From: Spirochaetales bacterium
Lineage (GTDB): Bacteria; Spirochaetota; Spirochaetia; SZUA-6; JAFGRV01
Reading direction: 5' to 3'
Assembly: GCA_016928415.1 (NCBI GenBank)
Contig: JAFGKU010000048.1
Coordinates: forward strand, 2,083 to 66,082
Length of the DNA: 64,000 bases
Positions 9,923 to 18,700 of the stretch are shown here, one piece after another. Position 1 is the first letter of the stretch. Every line of letters begins with the position of its first letter. The translations under genes and the position numbers were made by a program. The notes under the pieces were generated by a model. The model saw only the letters and a program-made list of their open reading frames with translations. It had not been told where the DNA came from and made no database searches.

Positions 9923-12900
9923 ATGAAACGGCCTGTTATAGTATGTTTAGCTATCATCCTCGCTTTTCTTGTCACAACATGTGACCTGTTTAAACCGGGG
10001 CTTGGAGAAGGGGTGGATTTAGCACCGCCGTTCCTGTTTATCACAAGTCATGCCAATGGCGACTATGTGAAGGGGTCAATCACGCTCTCCGGTAATTTCG
10101 AGGAGGACGTGGCCACTGCAAGTGTGGCTGTTTCGGTGGATGACGGAGCGACATACACGGAAGCAACCCTGAACCAGCAGGCCAGGACATGGTCCATTGA
10201 TATCGATACCGCCACCATTGCAGACGGAGAACATGATATCATTTTCAAAATCACAGACTCATCCAACAAAACGACCGATAAGAAAATCCTGCTTTATGTG
10301 GACAATACGGCGCCATTGATCATCATGACCGTACCGAACTCTTACGCTGAGTCCAATTACGGTTCCACTTTTACAATAAAGGGAGAAGCCATGGACACGT
10401 TCGGTATTCAGACGGTCAGTATCAGCGTATATAACGACTCGGATGTACTCCAGTTCACGGACACAGCAAATGGTACAGCCAGTTGGTCATATACCTTTGA
10501 TAGTGCCAGCTATGTCAACCAGGGGAACCTGAAATTCACAATGCAGGCAATTGACAGGGCAAATAATGCGAGCACAAAATATTTTTTTAATTACGACATA
10601 AAAACGGCAAATGACGGTAATTCCATATACATCGATGAACTCTACCCGATTTATATTGCACCGTCTATCCCGTCACCCGCACCCACCCCGCCGCCCAATT
10701 ATACGGCATTGTGGAATTTACTGCATACCGGTGGTGAAACGAAAATTACTTTGTATTTCGACCAGAACAAAAACCTGCCGACGATTGAAATATTCAATCC
10801 CAACCAGAATTTCGATGAAACGGATAATATTTTAAACAACTCTGCCCAGCTGAGCGGCAAGGCCTCTGATGAAGATGATATAAAGGAAAATAGTATCGAA
10901 ATATACGTTATAAAACAGGGGGAAACAGTTCCAATCATCGACTGGACCGCGGTAGGAAATGCGAAGGAAACTCCGATAAACTGGAAGTACAGCCTATCGA
11001 GCGGCCCGACACTCGACAATGGCATTTATATTTTGAAGGTAAGGGCTTCCGATGTCAAGGATTACCAACGGGTATCGCCGGAGGTTTATTTCACGATCGA
11101 TTCAGATGTTCCGGAAGTGTCCATCACAAATCCCGTTCAAGGCGCTTATTTTAACGGTAACGTTTTTCTGCAGGGCGAAGCCGACGACAGTTCAGGCATA
11201 GATTATGTTGAAATTTTCGCAGACGGTGTATCAAAAGGAAATGCGAATCTGGTTGGGACGAATTGGGATTTTACCCTTATAGGCCTGACTAGCGGCAATA
11301 AGACCATAACGGCAACGGCACATGAAGGGGGTGGTGGCGGAAAAGAATCATCCTACAACCTATTAATCATTATCGATAAAGAGAACCCCACCGTCTCATT
11401 CCTCAACCCCGCCCAGTCCAGCACAGTCAACGGCCTTGTGTTGATACGGGGTACCTCGTCGGACAATACCCAGATCCCGGATAACAATGTGGAATTGCGG
11501 ATCGGCAAACCCCTTACCTGGATTGTCATGGACAATGAGTACAACTGGGAATACCAGATCGACTCGACCAGTTACGCGACCAGCACGTATGCGGATGATC
11601 AGGGCGGTGGCGTCTGGAAGCTTTATATCCACGCCCGTGTAACGGATAAGGCGGGCAATACGACGACTAGGGACGATTACTATTTCCTGATCGACAATGA
11701 CACGGACAAGCCGAAGGTAAACATCCTTTCACCATCAGACGGGCAGAACCTGGCCGGACCGGTCCTTGTGTCCGGGACCGCGGTCGATGACGACGCGGTC
11801 GACTACGTGGAGATGCAGATCGACGTGAACGGGGACGGTGATTTCAGCGACGTGATCGATTTCCGGGGTGATTCGTCGAAGACGCCGGACGGCTTTACCG
11901 ACGACAAGTTTGAAAACGAGACGCTGTGGTATACGGTCGACGGGCAGACGGCATGGACCGAGATGCTCAATAACTACGGTGAAATGTACGCCAGAACCGA
12001 CACAACCCCTGACCTCTCGGGAGACATAATAATTCGCGTGCGCGCCGTGGACATCAATGTCCCGCCGGTAACGGGGAATTACCAGCAGATTGCCGTCCAC
12101 CTGGACGATTTGATCCCGAGGGTCGAAAATTTGAACTATGAATCAAGCGATTACGTCAGGGGCTCGATCACATTGACGGGGGACGCGTATGACGATCCTA
12201 CCACGTCGCTGTCCTATATCCAGATCAGCTACAATGGAGGCGTCTCCTACGAGGACATCATGGGGGATGGCCTGAAAGTGACGTATGTATCGGACACCCA
12301 TTATCAGCTCCATATAACGATCAACACAGCCAGTTACATACCCACAAGCGGCATTTTTTATCTCAGGCTCAAGGTTATCGACAGCGCGAGTCTCCAGTCA
12401 ATCGTTTTTATCAACCTCAATGTGGACAACCAGCCCCCCACCGCTTCTTGGTCAACCAGCATAACGCATCCGGATGGTTCCAACCTCTATAATGGCATGA
12501 TCACGGTAAACAGTGTGGACAAAACGTATGTGGAAGGGAATTACGGCGATTCCGGTGCGGTGAGCGGCATTTCGCATATCGAACTCTACCTCGTGAAAAG
12601 CGGAAGCGTCAGGAATTTAAAGAGTACCGGCACATGGGGGGGGACACCCACGACCGAATCCATAACGGTGGAGGAATACGACCTTGGGACAAACACCTGG
12701 TCGACCGACACCGATCCCGCGGCACCGTACGTAACCCATGCGGCACTCGGTGACAACTATGTCATTAAAATCGACAAAGCGAATGAAATGAGCGACCTGG
12801 ACATCGGCACGGACATCGACGGTGACGGGTACCATGAATTCCTGGGCATCTACGACGGGGGAACCCGTTGGAGAGCCTATTTTGACAGTCAATACATCCC

Positions 12901-15646
12901 GGACGGGATCGTTGACCTCCATTATGTGGCTTATGACCTGGCGGGAAACCGGTACCACGCCATGCGCCAGGTATTCATTGCCAATAACAGGCCCGTGGTC
13001 GACCGGATCCGGGTGGGGTCCGATCTCAATTACAGCACCACGGTAGCCGACGTGGGAGGTTCGGTCACCGAGATCCAGGATTATTATTACCCGGGCGGTG
13101 CCGTCAACCGGACGGACTTCCAGAAAATCAAGAACAATAAACTTTACTTTGCCATTGAGGGCAGCGATCCCGGTGGAAGCGTAAAACAGATATTCATCGA
13201 TGTCTACGATTCCGGCGGTTCCAGCTACCTCGGCCCGGCCTATGCGAGTGCCCTGAATCCGGCAGGCGGCGATATCACCGTCACGCTCAACGTGAACCCG
13301 GGAACGGCTCCATGGACGGATGACGGGAATTATACGGTATCGCCGTACAAGGTCGATTACAGGGTAAAGGTAACGGTGAGGGACAATGACGACATCAACG
13401 TTTCCCGCTGGGTAAAGGTGAGCGTGCTCAATCCTTACGACGCTACCTTGCCCGTGGTCATACTCGATGCCCTTTCCCAATCGCACCAGGACGGAAGCAC
13501 CGGCCACCTGGAACTCCAGGGGGACAACACGGTCGGAGACTGGAACATTATAAAGGCCGCCTACGGCAATGATAACGATCCAAAGGGATCGGGCGTCATT
13601 ATTTTCAAAGGCACAGTCACCGATGAAAACAGGCTTACGGAGATCAATGTGACCTCGGAAAACAATCCAATGTCCCAACTGGCATCATGGTCAGGTGGCC
13701 AGCTGGCAAGCAACGATACAAACGTGTTTACGATCGACTCGCAGGCGCTTACGGAAAACGGGCATACGGTAACCTTTACGTACAAATGGGACTCATCCTA
13801 TGTCACGGGAATAGCGGGCTTGAACAAGACCGTCTCTTTCGGGGCAAAAGACGGCGCGGCAATACCCAATAACGCAACCCCGGACTCGGAGCAGCTGGAC
13901 ATTGTGCCTTACATAAAAAGCATAACGCGGCAGTATCCATTGCCCGCGAACAGGACCAAGTACGGGAAATTCCTTCTCACTTACGGAGAAACGAACGTTG
14001 TCTTAACGGGATTCAATCTCGGCAGCGGCACCTACTTGCCGACCGTAACGATCCATCGCACGGGCGGAACACTGCAGAATACAATCACGGTATCGGGAGG
14101 CGGGAGCCCGTATACGACCCTGCTCTTTACCGGTACCCAGATGCAGAATTCCGGCTGGCTCAGGGTGACGGTGAACTCCCAGCAGTCGATTAACAACCTG
14201 AACGCCAACACCCTCACTTCCAATAAGGAAGACGACGGATCGGGATTGGGGGCCACGCTTTGGAATGACGACCGCTACCTGCTGGTATTCGATATCGGCG
14301 ATTATTTCACCGGTTCCGACGCGCCGGAATGGCCGGCCATGTCCATCAATCCCTCAAACGGGCATCTCTACGGTTCCTGGACGAGTTATAATACGGCGGT
14401 CTGTTATTATGGCGGGCCAAACTCGGTCGGCGGTTCCGCAACCTGGGATAACCTAACGTCAATTTGGAGCCATTACGACCCGCCCGAATACACCGACATC
14501 TTTGTCAGGAACAATGGAGGTGCGGATGTCAAGCATACGGTGGTGCTGGAAAATGAAAACGCGGCCGGTCCCTGGCAGGGGCTTACAAGCCATATTGACG
14601 CCGGAAGCGCCCGCACCATTGAATACCTGGGCGGGGATGATGGTACGGATACCAACACCTTCACCATCGATCATTCCGACGGCAAGGACGAAATGCTCTT
14701 CCAGTTCAAGAACCCGCGATTTGCGGTCAATGTCGGAGGAACACCGGGCAATGACGTCAAGTACGTTTCCTACTACGACGCATGGAGCAAGTGCCTGAAG
14801 TACGCGGTGGTGACCGGCGGAACGGGAACGTTCATCGCCTACTCAACACACCAGACGGACAACCAGGTCGTGGTCGACGGATTCGACTGGTTGAACTCTG
14901 ACCCCACCTACAAATACGCATCCAGCGAGGACGTCGGGCTCTGGAGCGATATAGGCATCGATCCTGACGACGATGTCCCGGTGATTGTGTATTACAGCGC
15001 TTCCAACAAGACACTCAAAATCGCACGCGGCTGGGATACGCAGCCGGTCGGCAATTTCAACGGCACGGCGCCTTATGCACCTAGCGGTACCCACGAGTGG
15101 AACATCGCTAATGTACGACCGGCCAACAGCTACCTGGGAAGCTACGTGAGCATGATCATCGACAGTAATGCGTCATCAGCCACGTATGGCGACCTGTTTA
15201 TCGTCACCTTCCAGAATGCCACGGGAGACCTTGTATTCATCCACGGTCACGATGTGGACGGAACCGGCTCCGGACTCTATTATACATTTGACGCTCCGGT
15301 GACCATCGATTCGGAAGGATCCGTCGGGGCATGGAGCAATATAGCGTTGATGTACAACGGCGCGACCGCCGTTCCGTATGTCTCGTATCTTAATTCCTCC
15401 GCAATCGGAACCCTGGAAGGACTCAAGTACGCCTGGGTAAATAGCGGCGACGGGTCCAGCGCGGCGGACTGGGAATACGGTATAATTCCGGTGAACGATC
15501 CGGTACGCGATCACAGGAGCAACATTGAGGTCAGCTCCTCCGTGAATATCGGCCGCTGGGTCGCCGGAACAGCCAGGTCCTCCGATGTTGCCGTCGGATT
15601 TGCCGGTACCTATTTCAACCTGGCCTACAGGATGAAAGAACAATAA
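9923..15646 (+). CDS. Large lipoprotein with ~10 bacterial Ig-like domains, an IPT/TIG-like domain and a C-terminal beta-propeller (adhesin-like)
   Basis: 1,907-aa ORF with GGAGG RBS and lipobox LVTT-C followed by GLGEGVD. Repeated 'D..P.V.I..P' domain junctions, DxxxDG Ca-binding-like loops (DVNGDGD, DIDGDG) and C-terminal 'VSYY....LKYA' blades. Confidence 0.85.
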   Translation: MKRPVIVCLAIILAFLVTTCDLFKPGLGEGVDLAPPFLFITSHANGDYVKGSITLSGNFEEDVATASVAVSVDDGATYTEATLNQQARTWSIDIDTATIADGEHDIIFKITDSSNKTTDKKILLYVDNTAPLIIMTVPNSYAESNYGSTFTIKGEAMDTFGIQTVSISVYNDSDVLQFTDTANGTASWSYTFDSASYVNQGNLKFTMQAIDRANNASTKYFFNYDIKTANDGNSIYIDELYPIYIAPSIPSPAPTPPPNYTALWNLLHTGGETKITLYFDQNKNLPTIEIFNPNQNFDETDNILNNSAQLSGKASDEDDIKENSIEIYVIKQGETVPIIDWTAVGNAKETPINWKYSLSSGPTLDNGIYILKVRASDVKDYQRVSPEVYFTIDSDVPEVSITNPVQGAYFNGNVFLQGEADDSSGIDYVEIFADGVSKGNANLVGTNWDFTLIGLTSGNKTITATAHEGGGGGKESSYNLLIIIDKENPTVSFLNPAQSSTVNGLVLIRGTSSDNTQIPDNNVELRIGKPLTWIVMDNEYNWEYQIDSTSYATSTYADDQGGGVWKLYIHARVTDKAGNTTTRDDYYFLIDNDTDKPKVNILSPSDGQNLAGPVLVSGTAVDDDAVDYVEMQIDVNGDGDFSDVIDFRGDSSKTPDGFTDDKFENETLWYTVDGQTAWTEMLNNYGEMYARTDTTPDLSGDIIIRVRAVDINVPPVTGNYQQIAVHLDDLIPRVENLNYESSDYVRGSITLTGDAYDDPTTSLSYIQISYNGGVSYEDIMGDGLKVTYVSDTHYQLHITINTASYIPTSGIFYLRLKVIDSASLQSIVFINLNVDNQPPTASWSTSITHPDGSNLYNGMITVNSVDKTYVEGNYGDSGAVSGISHIELYLVKSGSVRNLKSTGTWGGTPTTESITVEEYDLGTNTWSTDTDPAAPYVTHAALGDNYVIKIDKANEMSDLDIGTDIDGDGYHEFLGIYDGGTRWRAYFDSQYIPDGIVDLHYVAYDLAGNRYHAMRQVFIANNRPVVDRIRVGSDLNYSTTVADVGGSVTEIQDYYYPGGAVNRTDFQKIKNNKLYFAIEGSDPGGSVKQIFIDVYDSGGSSYLGPAYASALNPAGGDITVTLNVNPGTAPWTDDGNYTVSPYKVDYRVKVTVRDNDDINVSRWVKVSVLNPYDATLPVVILDALSQSHQDGSTGHLELQGDNTVGDWNIIKAAYGNDNDPKGSGVIIFKGTVTDENRLTEINVTSENNPMSQLASWSGGQLASNDTNVFTIDSQALTENGHTVTFTYKWDSSYVTGIAGLNKTVSFGAKDGAAIPNNATPDSEQLDIVPYIKSITRQYPLPANRTKYGKFLLTYGETNVVLTGFNLGSGTYLPTVTIHRTGGTLQNTITVSGGGSPYTTLLFTGTQMQNSGWLRVTVNSQQSINNLNANTLTSNKEDDGSGLGATLWNDDRYLLVFDIGDYFTGSDAPEWPAMSINPSNGHLYGSWTSYNTAVCYYGGPNSVGGSATWDNLTSIWSHYDPPEYTDIFVRNNGGADVKHTVVLENENAAGPWQGLTSHIDAGSARTIEYLGGDDGTDTNTFTIDHSDGKDEMLFQFKNPRFAVNVGGTPGNDVKYVSYYDAWSKCLKYAVVTGGTGTFIAYSTHQTDNQVVVDGFDWLNSDPTYKYASSEDVGLWSDIGIDPDDDVPVIVYYSASNKTLKIARGWDTQPVGNFNGTAPYAPSGTHEWNIANVRPANSYLGSYVSMIIDSNASSATYGDLFIVTFQNATGDLVFIHGHDVDGTGSGLYYTFDAPVTIDSEGSVGAWSNIALMYNGATAVPYVSYLNSSAIGTLEGLKYAWVNSGDGSSAADWEYGIIPVNDPVRDHRSNIEVSSSVNIGRWVAGTARSSDVAVGFAGTYFNLAYRMKEQ

Positions 15647-15677
15647 ACAGTGTGTAAAACATAATTCATGAAAAGAT

Positions 15678-15709
15678 GACGAGACAGGTTTCCTGAAACC
15701 TGTCTCGTC
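15678..15709 (+). other. Intercistronic stem-loop (15-bp arms, no U-tract)
   Basis: GACGAGACAGGTTTC-CT-GAAACCTGTCTCGTC lies between the two plus-strand giant genes. Confidence 0.75.
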
Positions 15710-15740
15710 TTGATATACATAAGGAAAGAGAGGATCGATA

Positions 15741-18700
15741 ATGCGTTTTTCCAGAATAATCTCCATAATTCTTATACTATCCGGAACAACTTTGTTCTTG
15801 AATGCCCAGGAGGCTGCGGATAAGCCTACCGGGGCGCCTGTTGAGGATATCGCACCGGAAGCGACCCCGGTTCCCGCAATGGAGAATACTTCATCGAGTT
15901 CGGGACAACTGAATGTGTACACGAAGGTCAATGGAATGGACAACTGGGATTATACATACGACGTATCCGGTCTTGAACGGGGAATGTACAATATCATCAT
16001 AAAAGGTACGGACAAGGCGGGAAACATTTTTTACAGCAACCCGGCGAATGTTTTAATCGACCCGGAAAGCGACCTTCCCATTGCCAGCATCACCAACCCC
16101 GTGCCTGATATGCGGGTCGGCGGCGCCATTCTGAACATCGTCGGCACGTGTAACGATGACGATGCGGTAGGAAGGGTGGAAGTGCGGATTGACGAAGGCG
16201 AATTCAAGCCGGCCGAAGGCAAAGACTTCTGGTCGTACAAACTCAGCACGGAAGGCATGCCGGACGGGAGACACATGATCGGCGTCCGCGGCATTGATGT
16301 CAACGGGGTCACGGGCGAAATCATAACGCGTTCCTTTCACCTGGATACAAGCAAACCTTTCGGCCAGGTCACCAATCAACCGAGTGGCGTACTGTTAAGC
16401 GGCGGCAATGAACTGCAGGGCACGGTCGAGGACTTGAACGGCGTTACGGCCCTGTTCTCCAGTGAAGACCACGGCAAGACTTTCCAAAAACTCGACTTCT
16501 GGTTCAACCAGGAGGATAATAAATATCATTTCAAATTGTGGGTCGAAACAACGCGCATGGAAGACGGCTCGCAGGTCATCCTGCTCAAGAGCTTAGACGG
16601 CATGGGATCTGTAGGGCTGGCCAGTTTCCTTTTCTTTGTGGATAACAAGAAGCCGGTGATCGAGATTTTGTCACCGGCACAGGAAGAAAAGGTGAATGGT
16701 AATTTCTATGTGGCCGGCAAGGTACTGGATGAAGTTGGCATCAAATCGCTCACTTACAGTCACAGGGACAAGACAGAGGAAATTCCCCTGATACCGGGAA
16801 ACCTGTACTGGTTTGTCGAGATCGACGCGACGGGCAAGGGATCCAACACGGAGACGGTAAAATTCACCGTTACGGATAAGGCCGGCAACGTGGTGGAACA
16901 GAACACAAACATCAACATCGACCTGGAAGCGGACAAGCCGGTTGTCGTCATCGCGTATCCTAAGGCGGATTCGCCGGTCAGCGCGGCATTTGACGTCTAC
17001 GGTTTTGTGGACGACGACGATGAACCGGAATCGGTGGTCTGGACGCTGGACAGCAAGGCGCCGGTCACCATACCGGCCATAGACGGGTTTACCTTTCCGC
17101 TGGACCAACTCGACCCCGGGAAGCACACCCTTGCCGTCTACGGTATTGACGTAAACGGGGTCAAGGGAAACCCGGCCAAAGTGGAATTCACCGTTCAGGG
17201 CAGCCAGTCTTCTATCAACATAGAAACGGTAGCCGCGAAGGGTGAAAGCGTGAATTTTAAACCGGGCGCGGAGGTCAACCGGTTTGACAAGGCCGTGCTC
17301 CGGGGTAAGATCACGGAATTCCAGCCCTTCAAGAAGGTAAGGTATACCCTGGGCAACGGCGAGGAAAAGGATTTAAGCCTCCAGGGAACGGAGCAGAAAT
17401 TCATCAAGCAATTCACCATTCCCGTTCCTGAAAACCAGCCCTACGGCATCAATGACATCAAAATAACGGCCATCGATTCCCTGGAAAGAACAACGGAGTA
17501 CTACTCCTTTATCCATGTAACCAATTTTTCCAAGGCCGCCGCCAAATCCGGCATTTACATTGCAGACAGCCGCACAGATGAAGGACAGGCGGCCATTTCA
17601 AGGGAATATCCCTTATACGCATTTTTCCTGGGCGACAAGGTAAAATCGGTCGTGCTTGAACCGGACATTCCTCAGGCTGGGGTCTCGGAATCGGACGGTT
17701 CCATCACCATTGTACCTAACAGCGACTTTTCCGCCGCAACAACAAAAATAAAGGTAACGACGGTCAACGACGAGGTTGTTTATTCCGGATCAATTACCCT
17801 TAAAACGGACAGCGCGTATTCCGCGGACCCATTGCACAGTGCCGCGCTTACGCAGGCCCTGCCGAAATCCGGCTCCCGGGCCTTTTATCCCGGCCTTGCT
17901 TTTGCCAGCCAGGACGGGCAGACCAAACTGGAAGGTTCCTGCAATTCGGCAGTCGCCCGGCTGGAGTACAGCTTCAACAACAAGGACTATCGCGGTGCCG
18001 ATTACAAGCGTAAAAAAGAGGACCCGTCAAGCGTGTTCCAGCTCGCCCTTCCCAACAATCTGGGCTACGGCTACAACGAAATTTATGTGCGCCTGTACGA
18101 CGAACAGAAAGGAACGGCCCAGTACAAGACATTTTTCTTTAAAACGGATGCGGGCGGTTCGGCGCCGAATGACGCGGACGGCCTTTATTTCTCCGATGTC
18201 CGCACGGCGGCCGGCGATGAAATCAACCTGACCAGGGAAAAACCTTTTACAGGGTATTTCAACGGACGGGAAATAAAATCGGTTGCCCTGAAGCCGGAAT
18301 CGGCCTTCCTGAAGGCAGTCTTTGAAGGCCGCTCGGTGACCGTGCAGGCACTCGAGGAAGGGAAAAGCGGTCCGACAACCATAGAAGTGACGGCGGCAAA
18401 CAACAAGACGTATACGTCCAAAGCGTACGTCTTCCAGGCAAACGCCATCCCGCCGATTATAACCACCACATCCATGGAACCGGGCACCTGGGTCAACAAA
18501 AGCTTCACCATCGAGGGAACGGTGAACGAATCGACGGGTATCAAAACGATGGAATATTCAGTGGGCGGTAATGGTGACTGGAAGAAAATATCCCTGTCAC
18601 AGGACAAGGGTGCAATTCCTTTCAGCCAGGTCATCAATACCGAAGGAATAGAAGACGGAAAGATAGCGGTCTATCTCCACGCCGTCGACACGGGCGGCAA

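Noticed and set aside
12617-13678. 353-aa minus-strand ORF (also 19938-20933 and 15176-15943)
   Set aside because: These lie antisense to long GC-rich genes and have no recognisable motifs, as expected from codon-bias shadows.
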